From NCBI GenBank assembly GCA_951406725.2, contig OX597825.1, positions 42,098,001-42,162,000 on the forward strand: a stretch of DNA of 64,000 nt, given 5' to 3'. Each line of letters starts with the position of its first letter. Within the stretch, counting starts at the first letter, position 1. Origin of the DNA: Octopus vulgaris. Taxonomy: Eukaryota. The notes beneath the pieces were generated by a model. It worked only from the letters and a program-made list of their open reading frames with translations. It was not told where the DNA came from and made no database searches. The position numbers were made by a program, and so were the translations under genes. This document shows positions 9,480 to 22,227 of this stretch, piece by piece.

Positions 9480-12400
9480 ATGAATCCTGCCAAATGCGAG
9501 TTTTCTTTTCAGGTTCATGAAGCTACGGTCCCCCGTCCCAAGGTCCCTAGGGCCCATACCTCCCACACCCTCAGGTTTGGCACCCTCAACGTTGGCACAC
9601 TGAAAGGTAGGTCTGGCGAGATTGTTGAGTTGCTTGAACGGAGATGTGTTGATATGTACTGCATTCAAAAAGTGAGGTGGAGAGGAGGTTCTGCTAGGTT
9701 CCTCACAGGCAAAGAACACAGGTACAAGATTTTCTGTGCTGAGAACACTGACGGGGTCGGGGGCATGGGTACACTTCTTGCAGAGAAATGGGTGGATAAG
9801 GTAATTGAGGTAGTCAGAGTATGCGACAGAATACTTAAGATTAGATTAGTGCTTCATCATGGATTAGCAATCATTATATCGGCCTATGCCCCTCATCCAG
9901 GGCTACCCGATGGACAGAAAGACCGATTCTATGACACCCTACTGCAGACTACCTCGTTGACATGGGCATGTTGGACAACATACAGGGGGCTTCTATGGCG
10001 TACATTGAGGCTACGGTTATGGTTCCCGCAATGAGGAGGGAACCAGGCTGCTGGAGTTCTGTGATGCAAATGATCTTATGGTTTGCAACACTAACTTCAG
10101 GAAACCTACCAGCCACCTAGCCACCTACCGATCGGGCTGACATACCAGCTAAATTGACTACATCCTTGCCAGGAAAAGGGAAAGATGGCTGCTTATAAAT
10201 GCCAAAACCTTCCCAGGCGAAGAATGTATCCTACAACATAGACTGGTAGTTAGTGACTTTAGGATCAGGACTAAGAGGACGACCAGAAGACGACCAACAT
10301 GGAGTAAAAGGGTCTGGAAGCTTAAAGATCCTGCGAAGGGACAGAGATTTAGAGACATATTACTTGAAGCCTTTGACGAAATAGAAGGGGATATAGCTTC
10401 ACAAAGGGTAGAAGACAACTGGAGGTTCCTATGGGACAACCTGCTAAGGGCGACTGACCAGATCTGTGGATGGTGCAAAGTCCCCTCAAAACCCAAAATA
10501 ACGTGGTGGTGGAACAATATTGTTGACAGGGTTATTAGACAAAAGAAACAGGCTTGGAAGGACTGGAAGAACGGTGGTAGCAGGGAAGTGTATCAGACTG
10601 CCAGAAGGGAAGCTAGGAGGCAGGTGTATTTAGCCAGAGGGGAAGCAGATAAGAAAAAATTTGCCAATGTTCTGTGCTGTGAAGCCGAAAGACTTGAGGT
10701 ATTTCATGTTGCAAGATAGTGTGTGAAAGAGAATTGTGATGTGGTAGGAGAGAAATGTGTTCGCATGCATGAAGGTTCACTTGCGCTAAATGAGGATGCA
10801 AAGAGAGAGGTTTGGAGATGCAACTATGAAAGGTTGCTGAATAAAGAAAATGCACGGGATAAAGAGAGTCTGCCGAATGTCGACCCAACAGAGGGGCCAG
10901 CTATCCGTGTTGACAGTTCCTTGGTAGTCAAGGCAATTAGAAGCATGAAGACAGGGAAAGCCTCAGGCCCATCAGAAATTACTGCAGAGATGCTCAAAAT
11001 ATCTGGCAGTGTCGTCTATAGCCTAGTCACCCGTATGGCTAACCAGGTGATACACGAAAGAGTCATACCCAATGACTGGTGTAGCAGCATAATAGTTAAC
11101 TGCTACAAAGGTAAAGGTGACGCCCAAGATACAAATAATTACAGAGGTATGAAACTGTTGGATCAGGTAATGAAGGTTGCGTAGAGGGTCATAGCCCAAC
11201 TTATTAGGGAGAGAGTCAACTTGGATGAGATGCAGTTTGGTTTCGTGCCAGGGAAAAGTACCACTGATGCCATATTTCTGGTAAGACAGCTGCAGCAGCA
11301 ATACCTAACCAAAGATAAGGCCCTGTACCTGGCTTTGGTTGACATGAAGAAAGCATTTGACAGGGTCCCCCGATCCCTTATCTGGTGGTCAATGAGGAAA
11401 CAAGGGATAAATGAATGGTTAATGAGAGCTGTGCAAGCCATGTACAGGGACGCTGTAAGTAAGGTAAGGGTTGGCAATGAGTACACTGAAGAATTCAGGG
11501 TAGAGGTAGGGGTCTATCAGGGTTCAGCCCTCTGCCCCCTTCTATTTATCATAGTCCTCCAGGCAATAACGGAGGGATTCCAGACAGTATGCCCCTGGGA
11601 GCTCCTCTATGCTGATGACCTTGCTCTAATTGCTGAGTTACTATCAGTACTAGAGGAGAAGTTCCAGGTATGGAAACAAGGATTAGAATCAAAGGGACTT
11701 AGAGACAACCTAGCTAAAACCAAAGTCCTAATAAGTAGGAAGGCAGGCAAACCACAAATCCCTTCAGGTAGATGGCCTTGCTCGATTTGTTGTAGAAGTG
11801 TAGGTAGAAACTGTGAAAGATGTACCTATTGTAAGATATGGACACATAAGAGGTGCAGTAATATCAAAGGAAGGCTAACTGGGAAAATAGTTTTTGCATA
11901 TGGCAGATGCTTGGGAGCAATAAACACTGAAAATGCGCAGAGACCAACCTCCGCCACATTCCAGGAGGAAAAACCAGAAGTAGTTGATAACTTCGGTTAT
12001 CTAGGTGACCAAATCAGTAGCGGAGGAGGGTGCACTGAAAGTGTCGCTGCTAGAATATGAATAGCTTGGGCAAAGTTCAGAGAGCTCTTACCTCTGCTGG
12101 TGACAAAGGGCCTCTTGCTCAGAGTAAAAGGTAGACAGCATGATGCATGTGTACGAACAGCCATGCTACACGGCAGTGAAACATGGGCTGTGACTGCTGA
12201 GGATATGCGTAAGCTCACAAGGAATGAAGCCAGTATGATCCGATGGATGTGTAATGTCAATGTGCATACACATCAGAGTGTAAGTACCTTGAGAGAAAAG
12301 TTGGGCCTAAGAAGCATTAGATGTGGTGTGCAAGAGAGACGAATGCGCTGGTATGGTCATGTGGCGAGAATGGATGAGGATAGCTGTGTGAAAAAGTACC

Positions 12401-12564
12401 ACATCCTAGCGGTTGAGGGAACTTGTGGAAGAGGTAGACCCAGGAAGACCTGGGGTGAAGTGGTGAAGCACGACCTTCGAACATTAGGCCTCACCAAGGA
12501 AATGACTAGCAACCGAGACCTTTGGAAATATGCTGTGTTCGAGAAGACCCGGCAAGCCAGATGA
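9480..12564 (+). pseudogene. RTE APE endonuclease-reverse transcriptase polyprotein (stops, frameshifts, deletion near 9960)
   Basis: GTLNVGTL, SAYAP, IDYIL and QHRLV (APE). QFGF, KAFDRV, QGSALCP and YADD at 11608-11619 (RT). C-terminal RWYGHVARM and RGRPRKTW. Confidence 0.93.
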
Positions 12565-13085
12565 AACCATAACCCGTGGCCTATGCCAGGAGTATAACCA
12601 GCCCGCTTATGCGTAGCATTTCCTTCTTTGGTCACTAAACTTTGCTTGCGAAGACCTGTTGAGGCAAGTGAAATCAAATCAAAATCAAAATAACTTCGAT
12701 GACTGGCATCCGTGCTAATGGGGTGCAAAGAGCACCATATGAATGTGATTGTTGACAGAGCGGCTATTCGAGTATGATCGTTACCAGCGTCGCCTTACTG
12801 GCATTTATGCCTGTGCTAGTAGGGAGCCAAGAACATCATCTGAGCGTGATCATTGTGATCGTTGCCAGAGCAGCCAACTGGCTTCTGTACCCGTGGCACA
12901 TAAAAAGCACCCACTACACTCTCGGAGTGGTTGGCGTTAGGAAGGGCATCAATCTGTAGAAAATATGCCAGATTAAGACTGGAGCCTGGTGCAGCCATCT
13001 GGTTGCCAGCCCTCAGTCAAAACCGTCCAACCCATGCTAGCATAGAAAAGGGACTTTAAATGATGATGATGATGATGATGATGAT
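9480..13085 (+). mobile_element. Near full-length RTE-clade LINE (5' boundary uncertain, may extend to ~8830)
   Basis: Single APE-RT ORF, ~500-bp 3' UTR and (GAT)n tail at ~13060-13085. Confidence 0.95.
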
Positions 13086-13109
13086 ATATATATATATAAA
13101 GTATATTAT

Positions 13110-13252
13110 TTCCTCTAGTTAACTCTCACATATCGTCCTCTGGTGAAGGGATATCCCTAATATCCCCCAAACAACTATAAGACTACCTTTCTCTTTATAA
13201 ATGTCCTGTAAATTCCACACTGCCTTGGCTTTGTTGTCTCATTTTATTTAAC
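13110..13252 (+). repeat. PLE pLTR-like repeat, degenerate hammerhead copy of the 14339 family
   Basis: ctggtgaagggatat..aatatccc..aaacaactataaga..tctctttataaatgtcctg..ccacac.gccttgg.tttgttgtctcattttatttaac matches 14343-14453. Confidence 0.75.
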
Positions 13253-13266
13253 ATATACATACATGC

Positions 13267-13299
<33 letters not shown>

Positions 13300-13348
13300 T
13301 ACATATATATACATACATACACACATACACAAACACACACACACACAT

Positions 13349-13383
<35 letters not shown>

Positions 13384-13430
13384 ACATAAATCCGGAGAAG
13401 CAGCACAGTCTAAGAAGTAGTGCAGTCAAT

Positions 13431-13588
13431 ATTTTTTCCTGGTGAAGGCCAATTTATGGGGTAATCCTAGGTTTCCCTATGACCTCAAGCCAATAGGTCT
13501 TGGGGTCTGACAATACGCTATGAAGTTAAACTCTTCATGGACAGGAAACCCAGAGTAACCCCATAAACCAGCCTTCACCAGGAATATA
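13431..13588. mobile_element. MITE-like element with ~40-bp imperfect terminal inverted repeats
   Basis: ttcctggtgaaggccaatttatggggtaatcctaggtttcc versus ggaaacccagagtaaccccataaaccagccttcaccaggaa. Confidence 0.6.
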
Positions 13589-13599
13589 TATACACACAC

Positions 13600-14030
13600 A
13601 GGGTACGATGGGTAAATTGTTAAAATTTTATATTCTTAATTTCGAGCATGCACATTGTTTTTGATTTTGTTGACTACACAATATAGTAGGATCTGTTGGG
13701 TACCATCCGTGAGAATAACAGCACCATGACTCAGTTCACTCTGCCAGAAATTTGGAAATGACATGCTGTACTACTTGGCATTCATACATTGCAGAGTGTT
13801 TACGTGTCAATCAGAAGACATATACTGAGAATGATAAAAGTCAAACCTTGAGTCAAAATCATGGTGGTGGCAACTCCATTCATCTTCCCACACGGCCTCA
13901 GACTCAGCCTACATTGAATGCCTGGAAGAAGTAGTGCTGCCCTGGGTCAAGAGGATGGCTGTTGGAAGACCCTATGTATTGCATCAGGACTCTGAACCGT
14001 GCTACACAAACAGGAGAACCCATTAATGGG
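13600..14030 (+). mobile_element. Tc1/mariner-superfamily (maT/DD37D-like) transposon fragment, deleted
   Basis: Starts cagggt. Translations MTQFTLPEIWK, IFPHGLRL and YIECLEEVVLPWVKRMAVGRPYVLHQDS resemble the xxQQDSAP catalytic region. Confidence 0.65.
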
Positions 14031-14455
14031 TTATCCAAAAAAAGTGATGAGTAGAAGTGGTATAAATGCTTCCTGTCTGTCATATGTATATTCCAATAGA
14101 AGTTCAAAATATGAACTCCTATTGGAATTTACATACCACAGACAGGAAGCATTTCTACCACTTCTACACATCACTTTCTTTGGATAATGAAACTGCAACT
14201 ATAATATCTTTATACATATTTATTTTTATTTCTATATTCATTCTCTCTTTTCCCTATACACTCCATATTTGCTTCCTTTCCTAAAATAACTCCCCATATT
14301 GAACTCTAATATTTCCCTCTATTTAACCACCTCACAGCATCTCTGATGAAGGGATATCTTTAATATCCCAGAAACAGCTGTAAGATTATCTGTCTCTTTA
14401 TAAATGTCCTGAAACTCCACACAGCCTTGGATTTGTTGTCTCATTTTATTTAACA
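14031..14455 (+). mobile_element. PLE 3' fragment with 5' inversion (157-bp fold-back at 14031-14187) and pLTR
   Basis: Near-perfect palindrome ttatccaaa...gttca aaata tgaact...tttggataa, followed by a pLTR-like segment carrying a hammerhead. Confidence 0.6.
14339..14386 (+). ncRNA. Minimal type I hammerhead ribozyme
   Basis: Stem I atct/agat, CUGAUGA, stem II gggatat/atatccc, GAAA, palindromic stem III acagctgt, GUA triplet. Confidence 0.75.
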
Positions 14456-14458
14456 CAT

Positions 14459-14549
14459 GTATGTATGTATGTATGTATGTATGTATGTATGTATGTATGT
14501 ATGTATGTATGTATGTATGTATGTATGTATGTATGTATGTATGTATGTA

Positions 14550-14592
<43 letters not shown>

Positions 14593-14605
14593 TCGTGTGT
14601 GTGTA
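14459..14605. repeat. (ATGT)n-(GT)n microsatellite
   Basis: Seen directly. Confidence 0.97.
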
Positions 14606-16331
14606 CTGACAAGCCAATGAGAGAACGTTTATGTCTTGCTATAAATAGCCACTATACTTCTTGTATAACATAACCTTGTATCCTGGAAAAGATCTCATTG
14701 GATAACATGGTTCTGGGTGAAAAATGGGATCATCATGACTAGAATATCTTTAACCATACTTAGTCTAGGAATAAAAACAACATCAGTACAACACATACCT
14801 TTTTATATACATGTACTCACATGAAGGTATGTATTTTTAGAGATGAACATTTTATTTTTATCTAACAAGTCCAAGTTTCCACTGGAATAAAGTAGTTACT
14901 TCAAGCAAGTCAGGGAGATTTTTTACAGCTTGATTTCATGTCATGTATTCGTGTTTCATACTGATTGATTTTAAAATTTTGGACAGTTAATATGACTGTA
15001 AAACTTTGAAATGCTTGAGGTAATATTTGTTTCTATGTCTGCATAGTGACATTAATTCTAGTTGTTTTGTATGTACGACTTGCAAATTTTTTTCATCAAG
15101 ATAAGTTAGTTTTCTGCCTCATGTTGTTAAATAGTTTCTGATGGTTATAGTATCAGTTTTTAGAAAAGTTGTTCCTAATATATATTATTTAAATGTTATT
15201 TTCACCTTCCCTTCCAAAGAACAAATATACTTTTATAGAGTTATTACATTCTTCCTACATACATGTATTTTTTAGAAGGAATTGGCATGTTATGAATTAC
15301 AGCTTAAAAATCAACTTTACATGTGTTCTGTATAACTTCCTTGTATGCTACTCCTTGCTGTTAGCATGTTTCATTGAGAAAAGTAGTGGTCTAAATTTTT
15401 ATAGTTGCATTAAATTATTATGTATATTAGCTCTCAAATACTATATATTTATGGAACCTGATACCATGTTTTATTTGTTCCATTATGCTTCCTGTATTTA
15501 GAACATGCAACTGAAGCTAATTTTTATATTGCTGCTATTCATAGTATGTACTGCTTGTGATCAGAGGGGAAATGTTTGTTAGGTAGGAAAAATTCTTCTC
15601 AATTATTATTTTAACATTAGTGTGTATAGCAAGTTGTAAAATATTACATTTATTTGTTTCCTTCTGTGTATGTATTTTTGATTTTACATGAGTTTCTTTG
15701 TTTAAATAAATACTTATTTTATAATCTTTTTACATCTATCTTCAGTATGATGCATTGTCAGCTATTTCTTTCACAGCAATTTGTCTCATACTTTTTATAT
15801 ACACTTGTTGCAAAAGGAATCAAGGTGGCTGATGGTTGATTTGAGAATTTATTCATGCATACTAAATATTCTGGTGGTTGTTTTATAACTTTCTAGTCAG
15901 TTCTAATTCGGAAGATTAATACAATGATCAAATGGATTAAACCATAATAAGTTGTGTGTGATTTAAGGAAGATTTGACTGTTCTTTCTAATAGTTATCTG
16001 TCTATAGAAGAAGTTCGCTCATGGGCTTGTCAGGAATTTGTATCTACTGGTGCACAAACTGAAATTGATGTCTTAGAAGTTCACTCAGCTATTATTTTTT
16101 TATACAGAAATATTAAGATTCAAAAAATTGTACATATGAATTTCAATTTATCATATTTGTAGCTTTTATACTTATATAACAGCATCCCTATCATCTGCAT
16201 ATAGGTCTATATATATTCAATATAAATATTATGCTTCAAGATATCATGTACCTAACCTACTTATTTCATTCATTAATTCTAGGTATCTATCTAGCTAACT
16301 TTCTCTCTCTCTCCCTCTCTCAATCTCTCTT

Positions 16332-16376
<45 letters not shown>

Positions 16377-16380
<4 letters not shown>

Positions 16381-16768
16381 GATATAGTTTTTTTTATTTA
16401 AACACATAAGGAATCCACTTATAGGGATTCTACATGCTAGAAAGAACAGCTAGGTTCTATAACCACAAAAATTAGGGAGAAAATTCGACAGGAATAAATT
16501 TAGAAATGAAAAACATTTACCATCCAGTTTCCTTGACCAATTGGTTTCTGATCTTATTTTAGCAAGTCAAGGAGAACTCACTAGGTTTGAGCTTCCTCAG
16601 CAGTTCCAACCTAGGGTTAAACGTATACACAGGGGACAATCAAAAATGTTTTTCATTTCTAAATTTATTCCTGTCGAATTTTATCCCTAATTTTATCCCT
16701 GTTCTTTCTAGCGTGTAGAATCCCTATAAGTAGATTCCTTATGTGTTTAAATATACACTATATCGTAT
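16377..16768. repeat. Fold-back element: ~130-bp inverted arms around a ~125-bp spacer
   Basis: 16377-16518 is the reverse complement of 16644-16768 (for example cgacaggaataaatttagaaatgaaaaacattt), apart from an indel. Confidence 0.85.
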
Positions 16769-16852
16769 GACTAATATATAGTCTTTTTGACTAAGGATTT
16801 TTACACGTTAGACCTCTGGAAATGTAAATTTTAATCAATTTCCATTTCCCTG

Positions 16853-16901
<49 letters not shown>

Positions 16902-16959
16902 GTGTGTATGTATGTATGTATGAATATATGCAAGTATGTATATATGTATGTATATATGC

Positions 16960-16991
<32 letters not shown>

Positions 16992-16999
16992 ATGTATGA

Positions 17000-17972
17000 A
17001 TCATCATCATCATCGTTTAACGTCCGCTTTCCATACTAGCATGGGTTGGACGATTTGACTGAGGACTGGCAAACCAGATGGCTGCACCAGGCTCCAAATT
17101 GATCTGGTAGAGTTTCTACAGCTTGATGCCCTTCCTAACGCCAACCACCCCAATAGTTTAGTGAGTGCTTTTATGTGCCACTGGCACGAGGGCTAGTCAG
17201 GTGGTACTGGCAGTGGCCACCCTCAAATGGTGTTTTTTACATGCCACCTGCACAGGAGCCAGTCCAGGGGCACTGGCAACGACCTCACTCGAATATTTTT
17301 CACGTACCACCGGCATGGAAGCCAGTTAGCTGCTGTGGCAACGATCACACCCGGATGGTGCTCTTAGCACTCCACTAGGATGGATGCCAGTCATCGAATT
17401 TGATTTTGATTTCACTTGCCTAGACAGGTCTTCGCAAGCAGAGTTTAGTGTCCAATGAAGGAAAGGTATGCATAAGTGGGCTGTTTACACACCTAGCATA
17501 GGCCACGAGGTTATGGTCTCACTTGGCTTGCTGGGTCTTCTCAAGCACAGCATATTTCCAAAGGTCCCGGTCACTAGTCATTGCCTCGGTGTGGCCTAAT
17601 GTTCAAAGGTCGTGTTTCACCATTTCATCCCAGGTCTTCCTGGGTCTACCTCTTCCACAGGTCCCCTCAACCGCTAGGGTGTGGCACTTTTTCACACAGC
17701 TATCCTCATCCATTCTCGCCACATGACCATACCAGCGCAGTCATCTCTCTTGCACACCACATCTAATGCTTCCTAGGTCCAACTTTTCTCTCAAGGTACT
17801 TACACTCTGTTGAGTATGCACACTGACATTATGCATCCATCGGAGAATACTGGCTTCATTCATATAGTCTACCTTTTACTCTGAGCGAGAGGCCCTTTGT
17901 CACCAGCAGAGGTAAGAGCTCTCTGAACTTTGCCCAAGCTATTCTTATTCTAGTAGCTACACTTTCAGTGCA
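17000..17972 (-). mobile_element. 5'-truncated RTE LINE, same family as 9480-13085
   Basis: Reverse complement of ~12031-13075. (CAT)n tail at 17000-17013. Internal deletion near 17862. Confidence 0.93.
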
Positions 17973-18874
17973 GTGGTCTAGCATATAGAAAAATCTGAAT
18001 ATTCTGCGGCCTTATATTACATACATATAAGAGAGATGACCACTAAGTGGACATCCATTATTCTAGAAGTCGACCTCTAAGGTCTTACCACTAAGTAAGT
18101 AATGTTCTCAAAAAAAATTTAGTAAACGCCAGAATGTACCAAACCAGTTTTGTTGTTATTACTTATGTAATCACTTACATAGATGTCCACAACTCGTCAG
18201 TGTGATTGTCATAGCAAAATATAATTTGCAGAATAATACACGGGAAGTCTGCATGAGATTGAACATGTAAGACAATAGGGGGTCGACTTCTAGCATAATG
18301 GATGCCCACTTATTGGTCATCTCCCTTATATGTATGTAATATAATTTTTCTGAATCTTCAGATTTTTCTTTATGCTAGACCACTGATTTTAAGTTGATAT
18401 TAATCAAATTATTATTAAATTTTTCGCCCTTATTATTTTAACTTTAAATTTAAATAACTATGTTTGCTAACCAGCAAAATTCAATGTAGAGAATTATTTT
18501 CTGCAGAATTATTTCCGGTATTTTGCCAAAACGAAAATTTTTAAATATAATCCCGAATGTAATTGGTAGAACTATATACATGTTCAATCTCAAGCAGACG
18601 TCTCGTGGATAGTTCTGCAATTTATATTTTGTTATGACGATCACACTGATGAGTTGCGGACATCTACATAAGTGATTACATAACTGGTAATAACGAAACT
18701 GATTTGTGATTAATCTGTATATTTTGTATCTTTTCATTTGTCTTGCTCGTTTACATTCTCGTGTTTGCTACATTTTCTTGAGAACATTCCTTTCTTAGTT
18801 GTCAGACCAAAGGGGGTTGACTTCTAGCATAATGGATGTCCACTTAGTCGTCATCCCCCTTATATGTATGCAAT

Positions 18875-18875
<1 letters not shown>
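17971..18875. repeat. Complex of nested inverted repeats containing a hammerhead-like motif
   Basis: 17971-18078 is inverted to 18278-18385 (cagtggtctagcat...). A further copy lies at 18812-18875. 18140-18268 is inverted to 18575-18705. Confidence 0.75.
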
Positions 18876-19168
<293 letters not shown>

Positions 19169-19169
19169 G

Positions 19170-19950
19170 TCAATAAAACATACATCAGAAAAGAAGCACA
19201 CGCTAAAGTATAGAATAGTAAATTTTAAACAATAATTTAAACTCCAGTCAAAGAGTTACCAAAGGTTTCATATCCACAAAGCCAAAGCTTTGTGGACAGC
19301 TTGTTAGACTCTATACAAAGACAAGAAAACCATTTTAACTTTCTACCACGCAGATGCGAAAAAACTCTCAGATATCGAGTTTTAAGGCCTAACATATAAA
19401 AACATTAATGAGGTGGGTTGTTTCCCCTGGACCATAGGATAAAACAACTCTTACAGACCTGGAAAAGCTTAAAGAGCAAACGTGGAGATCCAATCTTCCA
19501 GTAGGTAGTGCTTGGAGTGGACACATTTAGAGAAAACTTATTTATAACTATTTAATGCCCCAGATTTAGTATAGTCCTTAAGAATTTTGGTTCTCTCCAC
19601 GATGCAGACTTTGCAACGGCCACTCCCATTAATAAACGGGCTTGGGTTATCTCTTATTTTCCACCTGATATCACGTGTAGTATAATGTATGCATGTATGA
19701 TCTTTCTTTGAGTTTAAGTTCTTAAGAGAGTTCAAGCCAATCACTAACAAAGCAACAAGACTTTTTGAATTATGGGATTTCCTATTGTTTGTAAATATGT
19801 GGTTGAGTTGATGTATTAGTTGAACAGTCGATGCATACACCTAAGTGGGTGCATCTGCTCACATAAGAATTTCAGATGGAAAATCTTCCCTGTACCACTA
19901 ATAGATTAGAGTTGAAGAATCTGTGTCAGTTTCTTTTGCTCTTTCTCCAT
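19170..19950 (-). mobile_element. PLE 3' fragment (GIY-YIG C-terminus plus pLTR with decayed hammerhead at 19253-19311)
   Basis: IRWKI...SGRCKVCIVERTKI...LNSYK*VFSKCVH matches the PLE C-terminal pattern WKI..RC.LC..EK..I...LN...SKC.H. Confidence 0.7.
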
Positions 19951-20394
19951 GAAACCAAGTATTTCTAAGATTTTTTTGCAAATTTGTAGATGCATCACCT
20001 AATGTACCTCTGATGATAGGTATAAATTAAGTATAAATAAGAATTCATAGATAGGGTACAACAACTGTTATTTCCGTATTAATTCACCATAAATGCTCTC
20101 TTTCTCCTGGACTTTTGATTGTAAATTCACATCTGCTGGGTAGCTGACCTCTACAAACAATGCATGACCTTTGTTCTCTATCCCACAGAACAATATCAGA
20201 TCTGTTATGTTTGCACTGAATTGATTCCATTAAGTGAACATTTTGATAAATATAGTGGATGAACTTTTAAAATGTTTCCTTTTATTTTTAAAATGACTGA
20301 CAATGTGACATTAAAATATCTAATAATGAGAATTTTAAAGGAAAAATTCAAACCAATGACAAGTGAACATCATTATTAAGAACATTCAGGGCAA

Positions 20395-20587
20395 TGGATT
20401 TGTGGAATTGTTAAGTCATTGAAAAATGCCTTGCAGTATTATGTCTGGCTTCATATCCTGTCAGAGTCAGCTTTGCTTTTCTTTCTTTTGGAGCCAATGG
20501 AATAAAATACCATTCATGCATTGGGATCAATAATATCAATTAACTTGCCTTTGAAAATATCTAGCTTTTTGCCCAAATTAGAAATCT
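20395..20587 (+). mobile_element. SINE family B, degenerate
   Basis: Similar to 27885-28108 (gaattgtta...tttgctttt...aataaaataccatt...cccaaattagaaatc). Confidence 0.5.
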
Positions 20588-20879
20588 TTAAGAACATTTA
20601 GCTTCATTTCAATATTTCATATTGAATAAAGGCACTGATATATGCATCTACCGCCCCCCACACACACACACACACGTACAGGGTGACCCAGAACTATAAA
20701 CTCTCCTTAACAGCTGATAAATCACTTTATTTACATTCCTTTTTTGTTTTAGCCCATTCGAAATATGAAAAGAACCAGGTTAAGTTCTGAACAAAGGCAA
20801 GCTTTCCAAAGTGCTACTCGAAGTTTGAAAATGCCCTCAAAGGACAAAGAGAGTTTAGAAGCAGGTTTCAAACAGATCC

Positions 20880-21345
20880 ACCTATGTGACTTACCATTTT
20901 GGTGAGATGCTGAATTAAAAGTCCGTAGTTGTAGGAAAGCTCTGAAGGAGACCAAACTCAACATTAAGATTGTTGAAAAGCCAGGGAACTCCATCAGATC
21001 ACAATTATGTAGGACCATATGCACCAATGATAACTGCATGATATGTAGGATTAACCCTGGCATTAACTGTAGAACTAGAAATGTATTTTACAGCATAAGA
21101 TGCATAGGAGGTGCTTGTAAAGACATGAACATGACATACATAGGGGAGACATCTAGGAGCATTGCGGAACAACTACATGAACATTTGAGACAATATGACA
21201 ACAAAAAACAGTCCTCCATTCTCTACCAGCATGCCAAGGACCAACATGGAGGCAGCCTGGGTCCACTTGACATCCACATCTTATCCAAGCATTCAAAGGA
21301 TCCATCACTCAGACTACATCCCCTTAAATGAAACTTTCCCAATAC
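20880..21345 (+). mobile_element. PLE GIY-YIG endonuclease fragment
   Basis: CTNDNCMIC...NCRTRNVFYSIRC...YIGETSRS...EHLR...SILYQH. Confidence 0.8.
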
Positions 21346-21429
21346 TAAATAGGAAATATACATAGTAGATATCATACCCCCACACCCACAGTCTATACAG
21401 GTAGAGTAGAATAGTTAGTGGGCTGTTAT

Positions 21430-21985
21430 GTAGATAGATGTATATATGTATGTGTGTGGGTGTTTGTATATATGTATATGCACATGTATGTAAGCATATG
21501 ACTATGAAAGTAAACAGATAGACATACAGACAGATAGGTACATAGGTTATATGAAAAGACAAGCACACATACACACACATACACAAAAGAAGACTGAAAC
21601 ACAATACCATATATACACACACACTTTACTTCACACAAAGGCACATGTGGAGACATGTCCACACATATGGAGATACACATCCATACATACAAACACAGTA
21701 CATAGTTGCAAAAACCCATACACACAGACGCAGACACATATACACACACACACGGACACACAAGGAGACAGAGGTACACACACACACATACATAAAAACA
21801 CACAAACACAGACACGCAAACATATGAATATGCAGAATACATACATACATACAAATGTACACACATACATACATGTATACATATGCAAACACACGCACAC
21901 ATGAATACACACACATGCATGCATACCTACATATATATATGTGTATGCACATGCACACTGACCCACACAAGCAAACAAAAAGCAT
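21430..21985. repeat. Degenerate AC/AT-rich low-complexity tract
   Basis: Seen directly; it produces the spurious V/C/Y and H/T ORFs. Confidence 0.9.
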
Positions 21986-22227
21986 GCAATGTGAATAACG
22001 GACAGGGTCAAAACTATTGAAAAGATTGCAAGAAGCAATGAAAATTTTAGAAAAATAAAGAAGGAAATGAATAGAAATTTTACTGGTGAGTGTGTAAGTA
22101 TTATAAGACACTAAAAGAGAATGTTTCTCCCCAGGCACATCAAAATATCTTTATGTTCTGGATCTAACATATTCTTTTTTTAATATGAACACCATTTGAT
22201 GATGGCATATTAGCAATAAGTTTGAAG

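Noticed and set aside
9501-9513. Splice-acceptor-like ttttcttttcag near the RTE ORF start
   Set aside because: The frame reads through from ATG 9480 and no donor was identified. Cannot be supported from sequence alone.
15974-16162. 62-aa ORF as a host exon
   Set aside because: No recognisable motif and no convincing splice-site pair.
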